DNA of 64,000 nt from an uncultured Methanosarcinaceae archaeon (GCA_963847185.1 CAWJYV010000008.1:512001-576000); one strand, 5' to 3'. Positions 18,331 to 30,438 are shown, numbered from the stretch's first letter. Translations and numbers: made by a program. Notes: generated by a model from the letters alone, not told the origin.

Positions 18331-18882
18331 ATGGGACTAGAGATCGTTACAAAAGACATCCAGGAGGGTGCAAGAGCCGAGGTTTCCCGCATAAAAGCCG
18401 AAGGCGATGCAAAGGCCTCCGAGATAATAAATGAGGCTAAAGAAGTACAGAAAAAGATGCTCGGAGACAGCCTTGCCAAGGCGGAAGAGGACCTCAAAAA
18501 TCTGCACCAGCAAGTAATATCAAGTGCAAACCTGGAAGTTAAAAGAATTACGCTTAACAGGCGCAAAGAACTTCTTGATAAGGTTTATACTCAGACAATT
18601 GAATCAATCAAGTCAATGCCGGCATCCAAAAAAGAAGAACTGCTGAAACATATCATTGGCAAGTACGAGGCTAGCGGTGCTAGAATTTATTCTTCTAAAG
18701 CTTCAGAAGAGACCGTCAAGAAATTAACTTCATTAACTTATGCTGGTAATACTGATTGTATCGGTGGCGTTGTTCTGGAAAATGAAGACAGGACAGTCAG
18801 GTTAGACTTCACATACGATTCAATCCTGAAGAATGTATATGAGCGTTCATTGAAGCAGATATCTGATATTTTATACGGGTGA
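18331..18882 (+). CDS. ahaE: A1Ao ATP synthase subunit E
   Basis: MGLEIV...; IGGVVLENEDRTVRLDFTYD. Confidence 0.95.
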   Translation: MGLEIVTKDIQEGARAEVSRIKAEGDAKASEIINEAKEVQKKMLGDSLAKAEEDLKNLHQQVISSANLEVKRITLNRRKELLDKVYTQTIESIKSMPASKKEELLKHIIGKYEASGARIYSSKASEETVKKLTSLTYAGNTDCIGGVVLENEDRTVRLDFTYDSILKNVYERSLKQISDILYG

Positions 18883-18888
18883 TTTTCG

Positions 18889-19971
18889 ATGCGGCTTTTG
18901 GAGAGACTCTGGGGGCAAAAACCCTCACGAAAATCCGATAAGAAGAAAAAAGGCACTTCTAATTATGCTTATGCCGTAACCCGTGTCCGCGCGATGAAGA
19001 GTAAGTTGCTTCCTAAAGAATCGTATCCCCGGCTTCTCAATATGGGGATTGATGAAATTACCCGCTTTATCCAAGAGTCTGAATACAAAAATGACGTTGA
19101 CGAACTGGCAATGAAATATAGTGGTGGCGATCTGGCAGAACACTCATTGAACAGGAATCTTGCGCTCACCTACGATAAGTTGGTAAGAATTACCTCAGGA
19201 GAACTGAACTACCTGATTGTTGCATACCTGAAAAGGTATGATATCTGGAATATAAAGACACTTCTCCGAGGTAAAATCTACAACGCATCTGTTGGAGATA
19301 TCCTGGAGTCTCTGATTGCTGCCGGGGAGTTTACTTACACTTCCATGTCAGAACTTGCAGCCAAGGCTACATATCAGGAAGTCATTGAGGCCCTGAAATA
19401 TAGCGAATATTACCCCCTGCTGCAAAAGTTTGACGGAACTAACCTGGCAGATATAGAAAACGAACTTGACAGAATATATTACTCAAGCCTGTTTGAAGCA
19501 ATCGGAGAACCAAGAACCAAGGACCGCAAGCTCTTTGTCAGGGTCATCAAACTGGAAGTCGATGTTAAGAACTTGACAAATCTTTTCAGGCTGAAAAAAG
19601 CAAAAGTTGAAAAGCTTGATGAAATCATGCCTCTCATGATTGAAGGCGGTCTCGAGCTCAAGCCCGAGAAACTGGCGGCTCTTCCGTATGACGAGTTTGT
19701 CAATGAACTTCAAAGAACTAAGTACTGGGATGCTATTTCAGGCGTTACCGGTCCGGATACGACTTCTTTGACCACTCTTGAAGGCAGGCTCATAAGATAT
19801 TATCTTGAATCAGCAACCACTTATTCGCACGTATCTCCGATCTCAATTGTACCTATTCTGGATTATATTATCCATAAAAATAATGAGGCCACTAACCTCA
19901 GGATTATTTTCAGGGGTAAAGAGGCTGGCCTCAGTGATGATTTAATCAAAGACCAGTTGGTGGTTATCTGA
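18889..19971 (+). CDS. ahaC: A1Ao ATP synthase subunit C
   Basis: [16 protein letters not shown]; [12 protein letters not shown]; NLRIIFRGK. Confidence 0.95.
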   Translation: MRLLERLWGQKPSRKSDKKKKGTSNYAYAVTRVRAMKSKLLPKESYPRLLNMGIDEITRFIQESEYKNDVDELAMKYSGGDLAEHSLNRNLALTYDKLVRITSGELNYLIVAYLKRYDIWNIKTLLRGKIYNASVGDILESLIAAGEFTYTSMSELAAKATYQEVIEALKYSEYYPLLQKFDGTNLADIENELDRIYYSSLFEAIGEPRTKDRKLFVRVIKLEVDVKNLTNLFRLKKAKVEKLDEIMPLMIEGGLELKPEKLAALPYDEFVNELQRTKYWDAISGVTGPDTTSLTTLEGRLIRYYLESATTYSHVSPISIVPILDYIIHKNNEATNLRIIFRGKEAGLSDDLIKDQLVVI

Positions 19972-20276
19972 TGGAATTGGCAGTGATCGGAAAGAGCGAT
20001 TTTGTTACGGGATTCAGGCTTGCTGGTATCAGGAAAGTTTACGAAGCTACTGATACCACGGCCATCGAGTCCGCGGTAAAATCTGTGCTTCAGGATAAGA
20101 GCGTCGGGATTATTGTAATGCATAATGATGACATTGGTAATCTGCCGGAAATTTTAAGGAAAGACTTGAATGAGTCTGTCCAGCCCACAGTAGTAGCCCT
20201 GGGAGGCAGCGGAGCAGGCTCAATGAGTTTAAGATCAAAAATAAAACAAGCGGTAGGTGTTGATCTGTGGAAGTAA
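19971..20276 (+). CDS. ahaF: A1Ao ATP synthase subunit F
   Basis: [18 protein letters not shown]; IKQAVGVDL. Confidence 0.95.
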   Translation: MELAVIGKSDFVTGFRLAGIRKVYEATDTTAIESAVKSVLQDKSVGIIVMHNDDIGNLPEILRKDLNESVQPTVVALGGSGAGSMSLRSKIKQAVGVDLWK

Positions 20277-22003
20277 AAGGTGAAATTTATCGTGTGGCTG
20301 GACCTGTCGTCACCGCTATCGGCTTGCAGGCAAGAATGTATGACCTGGTCAAAGTCGGTAATGAAGGGTTGATGGGTGAAGTCATCCAGATAGTTGGGGA
20401 CAAGACCATCATCCAGGTATACGAAGAGACGGGAGGTGTCAGGCCAGGGGAACCCTGTGTATCTACAGGGAGGTCTCTGACCGTGGAACTTGGTCCGGGT
20501 GTTCTTTCCAGTATTTATGACGGGGTTCAAAGGCCTCTGCACGTCCTGCTTGAAAAGATGGGCAGCTTCATCAAGAGAGGTGTCAGCGCAGACGGACTTG
20601 ACCACAAAAAAATCTGGGAATTCAAACCTGTGGTCAAGAAGGGAGATGTTGTAAAAGGCGGAGAAATAATCGGAGTTGTTCAGGAAACCGTAAATATTGA
20701 ACACAAGATCATGGTACCCCCGGATATCTCAGGTACAGTCGCTGATATTAAGAGCGGAAACTTCACTGTTATAGACACTGTCTGTACCCTGATTGACGGG
20801 ACCGAGCTGCAAATGATGCAGAGATGGCCTGTTCGTAGACCCCGGCCTGTGGCGAAAAAACTACTTCCCACAAAGCCATTGGTCACAGGACAGAGAATCC
20901 TTGACGGGCTTTTCCCTGTAGCAAAAGGCGGAACAGCTGCAATCCCCGGGCCTTTCGGATCGGGTAAGACGGTTACCCAGCAGCAGCTTGCAAAATGGAG
21001 TGACACCGAAATTGTGGTCTACGTTGGTTGTGGGGAACGAGGAAACGAAATGGCAGACGTTCTGCATGACTTTCCGGAACTCGAAGACCCGCAGACTGGA
21101 AGGCCGCTCATGGAGCGTACTGTCCTTATAGCCAACACTTCAAACATGCCTGTGGCTGCAAGAGAAGCATCTGTGTACACCGGGATCACCATTGCGGAAT
21201 ACTTCCGTGACATGGGGTTAGACGTGTCCCTGATGGCAGACTCCACCTCCAGGTGGGCAGAGGCAATGAGAGAAATTTCCTCCCGTCTGGAAGAAATGCC
21301 TGGTGAAGAAGGTTATCCTGCATACCTGTCTGCAAGGCTTGCCGAATTCTATGAGCGTGCCGGTGTTGCAGAAACCCTTTGCGGTAAAATAGGTTCAATC
21401 ACTGCTATTGGAGCAGTATCTCCTCCTGGCGGTGACTTCTCAGAGCCTGTTACGCAGAATACCCTGCGTATTGTGAAAGTGTTCTGGGCTCTGGACGCCA
21501 AATTATCTCAGAGACGTCACTTCCCGGCTATCAACTGGCTGACCAGCTATAGCCTGTACAAGGAAAGCCTCGACGGCTGGTTTACTGAGAACGTGGCTTC
21601 TGATTACGTGGCTATGAGGGAAAGAGCAATGGGAATGCTCCAGGTAGAATCCGAACTGCAGGAAATCGTGCAGCTCGTAGGTTCCGACGCTCTTCCGGAT
21701 GAGCAGCAGCTCCTGCTTGAAATTACTCGTATGATCAGGGAAATCTTCCTGCAGCAGAATGCATTCCATCCAATTGATACCTATAGCCCGTTCTCTGAGC
21801 AGTACAGGATTATGCAGGCAATCATGAAGTTCGGGGACACTGCACAGGAAGCTTTGAAATCAGGTGTCCCTATCTCGGAAATTGTCAAGATGCCATCTAA
21901 GGATGAGCTTCCCAAGGTTAAGTTCGAGGAGAACTTCGATGCTTCTATGAACGCTGTCCTGGCAAAGATGGATAAGGAGTTTGCATCCCTGAGAGGTAGG
22001 TAA
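20267..22003 (+). CDS. ahaA: A1Ao ATP synthase subunit A
   Basis: P-loop [26 protein letters not shown]; no intein. Confidence 0.99.
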   Translation: MEVKGEIYRVAGPVVTAIGLQARMYDLVKVGNEGLMGEVIQIVGDKTIIQVYEETGGVRPGEPCVSTGRSLTVELGPGVLSSIYDGVQRPLHVLLEKMGSFIKRGVSADGLDHKKIWEFKPVVKKGDVVKGGEIIGVVQETVNIEHKIMVPPDISGTVADIKSGNFTVIDTVCTLIDGTELQMMQRWPVRRPRPVAKKLLPTKPLVTGQRILDGLFPVAKGGTAAIPGPFGSGKTVTQQQLAKWSDTEIVVYVGCGERGNEMADVLHDFPELEDPQTGRPLMERTVLIANTSNMPVAAREASVYTGITIAEYFRDMGLDVSLMADSTSRWAEAMREISSRLEEMPGEEGYPAYLSARLAEFYERAGVAETLCGKIGSITAIGAVSPPGGDFSEPVTQNTLRIVKVFWALDAKLSQRRHFPAINWLTSYSLYKESLDGWFTENVASDYVAMRERAMGMLQVESELQEIVQLVGSDALPDEQQLLLEITRMIREIFLQQNAFHPIDTYSPFSEQYRIMQAIMKFGDTAQEALKSGVPISEIVKMPSKDELPKVKFEENFDASMNAVLAKMDKEFASLRGR

Positions 22004-22005
22004 GC

Positions 22006-23388
22006 ATGGTAAAAGAGTATAAGACAATCACTCAGATTGCAGGGCCTCTTGTCTTTGTCGAGAAAACAGAGCCTGTAGGCTATAAAGAAATCGTTAACGT
22101 CAATTTGCCTGACGGAACCACCCGCAGAGGCGAGGTGTTGGACTCTTCAACGGACATCGTGGTTGTCCAGATTTTTGAAGGTACTGGCGGCCTGAACAAA
22201 GATTGTGGTGTGGTTTTTACAGGGGAAACTCTGAAACTTCCTGCATCCATTGACCTTCTCGGCAGAATCCTTTCAGGTGCCGGTGACCCTCTGGACGGCG
22301 GGCCCAGAATCGTGCCAGACCAGCTTCTGGACATCAACGGGGCCGCAATGAACCCATACGCCAGGCTGCCTCCAAAGGATTTCATCCAGACAGGCATCTC
22401 CACAATCGACGGGACAAACACCCTGGTTCGTGGACAGAAACTGCCTATCTTCTCAGCATCAGGTCTCCCACACAACGAAATTGCCCTGCAGATCGCAAGG
22501 CAAGCTTCTGTGCCAGGGTCCGAATCTGCTTTCGCAGTGGTCTTTGCAGCAATGGGTATCACCAATGAAGAAGCCCAGTATTTTATGAGTGACTTCGAAA
22601 AGACCGGTGCTCTGGAAAGGGCAGTTGTGTTCCTTAACCTGGCAGATGACCCTGCTGTCGAGCGTCTCATCACTCCACGTATGGCCCTCACAGCAGCCGA
22701 GTACCTGGCATACGAGCACGGCATGCACGTTCTCGTCATCCTGACTGACATTACTAATTATGCAGAAGCTCTCCGTCAGATGGGTGCCGCCCGTAATGAA
22801 GTGCCTGGCCGCCGTGGGTATCCTGGTTATATGTACACTGACCTTGCAACCCTCTATGAGCGTGCTGGTATTGTCAAGGGTGCCAAGGGATCCGTTACTC
22901 AGATTCCGATCCTTTCAATGCCCGGTGACGACATTACCCACCCGATCCCTGACCTGTCCGGGTATATTACCGAAGGCCAGATCTTGGTTGCCAGGGAACT
23001 GCACAGGAAAGGTATCTATCCGCCAATCAATGTGCTGCCGTCCCTGTCGAGGCTGATGAACTCAGGTATCGGAGCAGGCAAGACAAGGGAAGACCACAAG
23101 GCTGTTTCTGACCAGATGTTCGCAGGTTATGCAGAAGGGCGTGACCTGAGAGGTCTCGTAGCTATCGTCGGTAAAGAAGCTCTGTCCGAGAGAGACTTGA
23201 AGCTCCTCGAGTTTGCTGACCTTTTCGAAAAGCACTTTGTCACCCAGGGAAGAAGCGAAAACAGGACTATTGCAGAGACCCTGGACATCGGTTGGAAGAT
23301 TCTCGCACACCTGCCAATAAACCAGTTGGGTAGGATTGACAACAAGTACATCGAAAAATACCATCCTGCAAAGAAAAAGGCTCAGTGA
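22006..23388 (+). CDS. ahaB: A1Ao ATP synthase subunit B
   Basis: [30 protein letters not shown]. Confidence 0.99.
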   Translation: MVKEYKTITQIAGPLVFVEKTEPVGYKEIVNVNLPDGTTRRGEVLDSSTDIVVVQIFEGTGGLNKDCGVVFTGETLKLPASIDLLGRILSGAGDPLDGGPRIVPDQLLDINGAAMNPYARLPPKDFIQTGISTIDGTNTLVRGQKLPIFSASGLPHNEIALQIARQASVPGSESAFAVVFAAMGITNEEAQYFMSDFEKTGALERAVVFLNLADDPAVERLITPRMALTAAEYLAYEHGMHVLVILTDITNYAEALRQMGAARNEVPGRRGYPGYMYTDLATLYERAGIVKGAKGSVTQIPILSMPGDDITHPIPDLSGYITEGQILVARELHRKGIYPPINVLPSLSRLMNSGIGAGKTREDHKAVSDQMFAGYAEGRDLRGLVAIVGKEALSERDLKLLEFADLFEKHFVTQGRSENRTIAETLDIGWKILAHLPINQLGRIDNKYIEKYHPAKKKAQ

Positions 23389-23393
23389 TTGTC

Positions 23394-24023
23394 ATGGCTC
23401 AGGACGTAAAACCAACTCGGTCGGAGCTGATTCAGCTCAAGAAGAAGATCAAGCTCTCTGAAAGTGGGCACAAGCTCCTTAAAATGAAGAGAGACGGTCT
23501 TATTATTGAGTTCTTTAAGATCCTTAACGAGGCAAGGAACGTCAGAACCGAGCTGGACGCTGCCTACGCAAAATCTGTGGAAAAATTCAATCTCGCCTCT
23601 GCCGTGGAAGGAATGATTACCGTCAGGTCAACAGCCTTCACAGCGAAGGAATCTCCTGAAATTCAGCTTTCAGGGCATAATATCATGGGTGTCGTGGTGC
23701 CAAAGATAAACTCTACAGGCGTCCGCAAATCCCTCACTGAAAGGGGTTATGGTATCATCGGGACAAGCTCGTACATCGATGAGACTGCAGATGCATATGA
23801 GGATCTCGTAGAAAAGATCATAATCGCAGCAGAGCTTGAGACAGCAATGAAAAGGATCCTCAATGAAATCGAGAAGACCAAGAGGCGTGTGAACGCTCTC
23901 GAATTCAAGGTAATTCCCGAACTCATTGCAACCATGAAGTATATCCGTTTCGTCCTTGAGGAGTTGGAGAGGGAGAATACATTCCGGTTGAAGAGAATCA
24001 AGGCGAGAAACGCAGCAAAATAA
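23394..24023 (+). CDS. ahaD: A1Ao ATP synthase subunit D
   Basis: PTRSELI, GHKLLKMKRD, TKRRVNALE. Confidence 0.97.
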   Translation: MAQDVKPTRSELIQLKKKIKLSESGHKLLKMKRDGLIIEFFKILNEARNVRTELDAAYAKSVEKFNLASAVEGMITVRSTAFTAKESPEIQLSGHNIMGVVVPKINSTGVRKSLTERGYGIIGTSSYIDETADAYEDLVEKIIIAAELETAMKRILNEIEKTKRRVNALEFKVIPELIATMKYIRFVLEELERENTFRLKRIKARNAAK

Positions 24024-24035
24024 GTTTAGTTTCGT

Positions 24036-24203
24036 ATGGCAACGTGTAAGGATCGACCGAACCTGGTTGAAAGAGCAGTACTTAAATTGGGTGAACCCGA
24101 AAACCAGGCCCGCCTGCTTCAGGCAGCCTGGAAGATTTCCCTCTTGATGATGGTTATGGGGTTCATTATTATCCTAAAAACAGTTTCTCTAAATTTTATG
24201 TGA
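24036..24203 (+). CDS. ahaG: Small 55-aa membrane protein at end of aha operon (AhaG)
   Basis: MATCKDRPNLVERAVLKLGEPENQARLLQAAWKISLLMMVMGFIIILKTVSLNFM*; 12 nt after ahaD; size and position match Methanosarcina ahaG. Confidence 0.7.
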   Translation: MATCKDRPNLVERAVLKLGEPENQARLLQAAWKISLLMMVMGFIIILKTVSLNFM

Positions 24204-24317
24204 CTTGAACTTCAGGATTCTTTCCATATCCTCTGTTCCGGCACAAATTTTTGTTTTTAGCTTAAACTGCCTCTTTTCAATCTTTTTTTATTTTTAGATT
24301 TAAACGCTTTCAATATT

Positions 24318-24436
24318 TGGTCGTGTACATGAGTTGTTGATCAATTCCGAAAAAGCGAGTGCATCTCCTGTATTTAAGGAAAATGTAGAGAGATTCTTGT
24401 GCTTACGGTTTTCAATAACTCACACCCACGACCCAA
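24318..24436. mobile_element. ~120-bp MITE-like element, copy B
   Basis: TIR TGGTCGTG...CACGACCCA, internal GAGTTGTTGA/TCAATAACTC; AATATT on both flanks; homologous to 11421..11540. Confidence 0.8.
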
Positions 24437-24500
24437 TATTTTCCTTCGTTTTATTTAAATTAGAAAGCTATTTTAACGACCAGTATCAATCCTAATTTCT

Positions 24501-26804
24501 ATGCAAAATGAAGCAAGGCTTCTCCATGTGACCGGTACAGTGCAGGGTGTTGGTTTTCGTCCTTTCATATACCAGCTTGCAAAAGCACATGAACTGTTCG
24601 GATACGTAAAAAATCTTGGAAATTACGTGGAGATCCTTATAGAGGGGAATAACAGAAGTATCGAGAGTTTTCTTCAAGATCTTCCTGAAAAAAAACCTCC
24701 TCTTGCCAAAATTAATGAAATCAAGACAAAAAATGTTCCTTTTTCAGGTCACCTGAAATTTGTTATCGTACACAGCGAATCCGGAGTTTTTGAAAATTCC
24801 ATAATTCCTCCGGATACGGCTATTTGCGAACAGTGCAGAACAGAGATCTTTGACTTTTCTTCCAGATATTATCACTATCCTTTTACTGTCTGCACAAACT
24901 GCGGACCCCGTTATACAACTGTCAGAACCCTCCCTTATGACCGGGAAAATACAACAATGGCTGATTTCCCTCTCTGCCCGGAGTGCGAAGCAGAGTACAC
25001 TGACCCTCTAAATAGAAGATATCATGCCCAGCCTGTCTGCTGTCCTAAATGCGGGCCAGAGCTCGAGCTTTTAGATCTTGATGGGAATGCACTGGCAAAG
25101 GGCTATGCTGCACTTGCTAAAGCTTTCGATTTACTTCAGCAGGGTTCGATTTTTTCTATCAAAGGATTCGGAGGTTTTCACATTGCCTGTAATGCCAGAG
25201 AGGAAGAGCCTGTAAAGGAACTTCGAAGACGGTTGATGCGTCCTGAGCAGCCTTTTGCGGTTATGGCAAAAAATGCAGATATGGTAGAGTCCTTTGCAGA
25301 GCTTGAAGGTCCAGGTAAGGAATATCTTATATCATATCGCCGTCCAATTACCGTTCTCCCCAAGTCGGAAAAGTTCAATCTGGCAGAATCCGTTTCTCCG
25401 GATCTGCACAATATAGGAGTCATGCTTCCATATACAGGCACACAGAATCTGCTTTTTGATCTTTTATCTGATGCTGTATATGTTATGACCTCGGCAAACC
25501 TTCCAGGAAGGCCCATGGTTGTTGAAAACAAAGAAGCTCTTGAAAGACTCAGGGGAATTGTCGATTTTCATCTGCTGCATAACAGGGTTGTTGCAAACAG
25601 AAATGATGATACAGTTGTCAGGATTGTTAACGGAAGAGCTGCTTTTATCCGACGTTCCAGGGGTTTTGTGCCTGAGCCTATAGAGTTGCCTTTCGAAGTT
25701 GAAGCTTCCGTAGGAGTAGGGGCTGAAATGAACTCCACGGTAACAGCGGCAAAAGGAAAGCTTGCCTATATTTCTCAGTACATAGGAAACACGAGCCATT
25801 TGGAGACCTTTAAATACCATTCCGAAGTCGTCCGGCACCTTATCAGGCTTACAGGAATAGAGCCTTTACACTGGGGCTGTGATCTGCATCCTTCATTTAA
25901 CACAACTCGTTTTGCAATGAAAATGGGTAGGGAAAATACACTCCCTGTTCAGCATCATTACGCCCATATCCTGGCACTTATGGCTGATAACTCCCTCCCG
26001 CTGGATTCAAGAGTTCTTGGTATTTCCCTTGATGGAGTTGGATATGGAGGTGACGGTACAGTCTGGGGAGGGGAGTTATTTGAATCTTCTTATTTCGGGT
26101 ATGAACGGATTGGGCACTTGCTTCCTCAACCCATGCCAGGCGGAGACCTTGCATCAAGGGTGCCTTCTAGAATGGTGCTGAGTATCCTTTTCGAGAAACT
26201 GGGGCTGACAGAACTCGAAAAGCTTCCTTTGAATTTCCCGCAGGGGAAGCGGGAGTTTTCAGCGGTTATGAAACAGCTTGAAAGGGGGGTAAATGTTATT
26301 CAAAGTAGCAGTACTGGAAGAGTGCTGGATGCGGCGGCAGCAATGCTTGGCATCTGTGTAAGAAGAACCTATGACGGAGAACCTGCTATGAAACTTGAAG
26401 CTGCCGCGAAGAGAAGCACTCACACGGTGGACCTACCTCTGGTTTTCAGGAAATATGGTAGGTCAGGACTACCTGTGCTTGATACGACTGAGCTTCTTCT
26501 GGGAGTTTATGAACTTTCCGGAAAGTACTCTTCTGCTGATTTAGCTTTTGCAGTTGAAGACTATCTTGCAAAAGGAGTTTCGGAACTTGCTGTTTCGCTT
26601 GCCAATCAAAGAGGCCTTGAATTGATAGGTCTGAGTGGAGGAGTTGCATATAATGATCACATTACATCCTGCGTTGCAGGAATTGTCAAAGAGGCAGGTC
26701 TCGAATTTCTAATCCACCGCCAGGTTCCCTGCGGAGACGGATGTATTTCTTTTGGGCAAGCTCTCGCGGCAGGGTTGAGGCAAAATTCTGAACGGATTTT
26801 TTGA
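24501..26804 (+). CDS. hypF: Carbamoyltransferase HypF
   Basis: VTGTVQGVGFRPF, two CxxC-x18-CxxC zinc fingers, DLHP, QHHYAH, GDGCISFGQ. Confidence 0.97.
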   Translation: MQNEARLLHVTGTVQGVGFRPFIYQLAKAHELFGYVKNLGNYVEILIEGNNRSIESFLQDLPEKKPPLAKINEIKTKNVPFSGHLKFVIVHSESGVFENSIIPPDTAICEQCRTEIFDFSSRYYHYPFTVCTNCGPRYTTVRTLPYDRENTTMADFPLCPECEAEYTDPLNRRYHAQPVCCPKCGPELELLDLDGNALAKGYAALAKAFDLLQQGSIFSIKGFGGFHIACNAREEEPVKELRRRLMRPEQPFAVMAKNADMVESFAELEGPGKEYLISYRRPITVLPKSEKFNLAESVSPDLHNIGVMLPYTGTQNLLFDLLSDAVYVMTSANLPGRPMVVENKEALERLRGIVDFHLLHNRVVANRNDDTVVRIVNGRAAFIRRSRGFVPEPIELPFEVEASVGVGAEMNSTVTAAKGKLAYISQYIGNTSHLETFKYHSEVVRHLIRLTGIEPLHWGCDLHPSFNTTRFAMKMGRENTLPVQHHYAHILALMADNSLPLDSRVLGISLDGVGYGGDGTVWGGELFESSYFGYERIGHLLPQPMPGGDLASRVPSRMVLSILFEKLGLTELEKLPLNFPQGKREFSAVMKQLERGVNVIQSSSTGRVLDAAAAMLGICVRRTYDGEPAMKLEAAAKRSTHTVDLPLVFRKYGRSGLPVLDTTELLLGVYELSGKYSSADLAFAVEDYLAKGVSELAVSLANQRGLELIGLSGGVAYNDHITSCVAGIVKEAGLEFLIHRQVPCGDGCISFGQALAAGLRQNSERIF

Positions 26805-27011
26805 ATTCCCTATTATTTTGCTTTTTTAAACTCAGTTTATATTAACTCCTTAAAGTATATTATTAGTAATCTTTTCAACATCAGTCATTCTTTTTTTCTA
26901 TTATTTTTTTAACTCTGACTATCAATATTTAATCACACTGAAATTTGATCAGAAAGACTGTAATACAAAATTAAATAAATGATACGTGCTTATGATAGAA
27001 TGGGAGCATAA

Positions 27012-27461
27012 ATGGGGCAAGGTAGTATACGAATTAGAGTTGTAAAAAGTAGAGATGAGATTACCGGTCTGCAAGCTGAGGAGAAGGCAGTACATCTCGC
27101 TTTCAGGCCCTCGGACAGGGACCTTTTCAGTCTGGTCAAGACCTGTCCCGGGATAGGATTAATTCAACTTCCGGCATCTTCCTACGAGGGGCTATCTAAA
27201 TTTATCAAGATGTACCTTGTATCTTCAGGCATTCATCTGGTAAAAGGAGATGTCAGTGGGCACTGGCATGATCTTAATAATTATTTTGTAATACCTGCTT
27301 ATGTGCTTGAAAAAATAAAGGAATTAGAAGTTCAGGGGAGAACTGAAGAAGAAATCATTGGTGAGATAACAAACATAAGGAAAATAAGCCCTGATCTTAT
27401 TATTCACCTTCTTCACAGTCCGTTTCTGACATCTGGCCCTGAGAGCCCCCGAATGAGTTAA
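27012..27461 (+). CDS. DUF1699 family protein
   Basis: IRIRVVKSRDEI..VHLAFRPS; paralog of 30031..30438. Confidence 0.85.
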   Translation: MGQGSIRIRVVKSRDEITGLQAEEKAVHLAFRPSDRDLFSLVKTCPGIGLIQLPASSYEGLSKFIKMYLVSSGIHLVKGDVSGHWHDLNNYFVIPAYVLEKIKELEVQGRTEEEIIGEITNIRKISPDLIIHLLHSPFLTSGPESPRMS

Positions 27462-27489
27462 GCTTACATATAAACATCTTGCTTTTGAT

Positions 27490-29187
27490 TCAGACTCCTA
27501 AGCGTTTCCACCACTTTCTTGAAGCTTTCTGTTCTTCTATCTGTCTTAACCCCTCAGATGCGTATTTTTGCTGCATCTTATATTTTCTATTCTCTTCAGT
27601 GAGCCTGGAAAATTCCTCTTCTTTACTTGCAAGTGTTCCTTTTAATTGTTTTATCAGTTCTTCTTTTTCTTTAAGCTGAATTGCCAGAGCTTCTTCTCCC
27701 TTATAATCCGAGAGCTGTTTCTCAAGTTTCTTTACTTTTTCTTCACTTGCAGCAAGCATGGTTTGTACAGTGTTTATCTTCTTTTCTTTGACAGTAAGTT
27801 TCTCTTCAAATCTTTTCATCTCCCCAACTTTTGCCATCAATTCTCCGGCCAGAGTCTCAGTATCTTTTTCCTTTGTTGAGATGATTTCTTTGAGTTTTCC
27901 TATCTCTTTTTCTCTTGCTGATAACTTTTCCTCAAAAATTCTAACATTTTCTGTTTTTCCTTTGATTTCCGTAATGAGGCTGTTTCTCTCCTTTTCCTTT
28001 TCATTAAGCTCAGATTCAAGCTTTTTTGTTTCGGCAACCTTGAATGCAAGTTTTTCCTGAAGAGTGGCCATTTCAAGATCTTTTTCATCAACTGTTCTCT
28101 CAAAGACCTTTATTACTTCTTCTTTATCAATTAGTTGAGTTGTTAACCCTTCTATGGAATCATTTTTTTGATCTATCTGGATTTCTAGGTTCTGTATTGT
28201 TTTATACAGTTGCGCAACCTTATTCTCAAAATTTCTTATTGCCTCCTCTTTTTGAGCAAGCTGGCCTTCAAGTCCACTTATTTCTTCTCCTTTTTGGACA
28301 AGTTGATTCTCCAGCTTTTTTATCGCTTTTTCTTTTTGAACAAGGCAATTTTCATAGCTTTCTATCTTCTTGTTCTTTAGATTGACTTCATGCTCAAATT
28401 CCCTGAGTTTTTCTTCGCTTTCAGCAGTAAGTTTTCCAATATTTTCAAATTCTTTTTTGCTGCCTGTAAGCTCTTCATCAAGATTTCTGGTGATTTCCTT
28501 TGAATCAGAAAGCTGCTTTTCAAGAGTACATATTTTTTCAGTTCTGATATTAAGTTCTTCTTTTAACCTGTATTTTTCTTCATCTCTAGCTGCAAGTTTG
28601 TCTTGAAGCTCTTTTACCTTCTCTATATATTCTATTAGTTGCGTTTCCATATCGTCTAGCTGACCACCTTTATTACCAAGCTGGAGGAAATCGGAACTTT
28701 CCTTTGAGTTTTCTTTATTTTCTTCTGTAGTAGATAGCAAAGGAATTTCTTTTTTACATTCGACGACTTGAAATTTCTCTTTTGGAAGCAGACAAATTTG
28801 TCCTTTTTTGTTTTCACAAATTTCGGCCCATGCAAGGATAGAGGCTATTGGTGTTATTCTCTTAAACACAGTATCTCCTATCTTGCAGCCGTAGACTTTA
28901 CTGGCAATGTAGCCTTCCATTGTATTCAGGTCGAGGTTAGAGTCTCCCAGTCTGGAGTTTGTTGCGTTTCCTTTCCTTACCTGTCCACTGTTTTCTTTTA
29001 GACAATTGACAGCTTCAGAAAATATCTTCCAGGGAATAAACGGTTGATTTTTCAGGTTGTCAACATAGATTCCGTCCTCTTCTTTTCTGGCTTCAAAAAA
29101 TTGTTTCCCATTAATCAGCGGAATTTTTGTTGGATTTCCTTTTTCATCAAATTGTTTTTTTATTCTTGTGACAACTGGGTCTTCCAT
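27490..29187 (-). CDS. Long coiled-coil protein with N-terminal globular domain
   Basis: 565-aa ORF; ~130-aa N-domain, then heptad/14-residue LxxKExEIxxL repeats; C-terminal RKWWKRL. Confidence 0.8.
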   Translation of the reverse strand: MEDPVVTRIKKQFDEKGNPTKIPLINGKQFFEARKEEDGIYVDNLKNQPFIPWKIFSEAVNCLKENSGQVRKGNATNSRLGDSNLDLNTMEGYIASKVYGCKIGDTVFKRITPIASILAWAEICENKKGQICLLPKEKFQVVECKKEIPLLSTTEENKENSKESSDFLQLGNKGGQLDDMETQLIEYIEKVKELQDKLAARDEEKYRLKEELNIRTEKICTLEKQLSDSKEITRNLDEELTGSKKEFENIGKLTAESEEKLREFEHEVNLKNKKIESYENCLVQKEKAIKKLENQLVQKGEEISGLEGQLAQKEEAIRNFENKVAQLYKTIQNLEIQIDQKNDSIEGLTTQLIDKEEVIKVFERTVDEKDLEMATLQEKLAFKVAETKKLESELNEKEKERNSLITEIKGKTENVRIFEEKLSAREKEIGKLKEIISTKEKDTETLAGELMAKVGEMKRFEEKLTVKEKKINTVQTMLAASEEKVKKLEKQLSDYKGEEALAIQLKEKEELIKQLKGTLASKEEEFSRLTEENRKYKMQQKYASEGLRQIEEQKASRKWWKRLGV

Positions 29188-30030
29188 GCGTGGGCCTCAT
29201 GACAGTCTTAGTTTCTGAAATATAATGAATATAACATTTAATAAAAGTTGTGTAACTTACCGCATTTCTTTTCTCTTTTCCTTTTACTTCTGTAACAGAT
29301 GTGCATGAAGAGATTCAGGAAAAATAGGTATTAAAAAAGTTAATTAAAGGAAGCTTAATGAAATAGGTTTATGGAAAAAATTCGTAAAGTTATCAACTAA
29401 AATACAGGAATACCAGGAGATTTTTCAAGTTTGAAATATAATTTCTCTTGTGGAGAGGATGGTTTATTACTTTTGGTGGATTCTCGATGGATTTCTAGGG
29501 ATTATGTATATATATTTTTTGTTTTGTTCATAATAGGCACATTTATAATATATAATATTATTAATTTAATGTAAATGTAAAAGAGTAAAAAAGTTAACAG
29601 TTGTGTAAAAAACTTATTCCTGAAACAATTTTAGGAATATATGTAGTAAATTATATATACTCTCAATAAATTGATAAGTCGGTCACTTACTTAAACAATT
29701 TCGCGATTCATTGCCCCATCTGTCTAATATTTACAGCCTTAATAATGCCCTGACCTGAAAAAAATAAGATAATTCCTAACTAAATTCTGATTTTTTATTA
29801 GTTTTGTTCTTTATGGATTTTAGAAAGTATCTCTGGTTATTTCCGCATATTCTTTCAAAAATAACGCACTAACTGCTGTTTTTTTATTATTTATCTCCTA
29901 CTTCTCTTGAAATAAATGAAAAGGTATAATTTTATTTCTTTCTAAATAATTCCGGTAATTATAGAAAAATATTTAACGAAGAATTTTTTACTATCATATG
30001 AAAAAAATAAGTAGATCTGGAGGATAAACT

Positions 30031-30438
30031 TTGAAAATAAGGGTTGTGAGTTCACGAGAAGAAATCTTTACACTGAATCCAAATGAAAGAATAGTGCATC
30101 TGGCTTTCAGGCCGTCGAACAAAGATATTTTTTCATTGGTTGAGAACTGTCCAAAGATTGAAGTTATACAGCTTCCGAAATCTTACAGGCGCACGGTCTC
30201 AAAGTCAATAGAAATGTTTCTTGAAATGCAGCGTATCCAGCTCATTGAAGGAGATGTCTGGGGCCACAGGAAAGATATTAACGAGTACTATCGCATTCCT
30301 TCTTCAATCATTGAAGAAATAAAAGAACTGAAAATTGAAGGTAAATCCACTGAAGCTATTGAGGAAAAAGTTTCAAGGGAAAGTAAACTTAACCCTGAAA
30401 TGGTTGCTTACATCCTTAGAAAGGATGTTATTGCCTGA
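30031..30438 (+). CDS. DUF1699 family protein
   Basis: MKIRVVSSREEI..VHLAFRPSNKDI; EGDVWGHRKDINEYY; RBS GGAGG. Confidence 0.9.
   Translation: MKIRVVSSREEIFTLNPNERIVHLAFRPSNKDIFSLVENCPKIEVIQLPKSYRRTVSKSIEMFLEMQRIQLIEGDVWGHRKDINEYYRIPSSIIEEIKELKIEGKSTEAIEEKVSRESKLNPEMVAYILRKDVIA

Noticed and set aside
17477-23364. Long antisense ORFs over aha genes (similar ones over nif and amt)
   Set aside because: Shadow ORFs of highly biased coding sequence, with no RBS or motifs.
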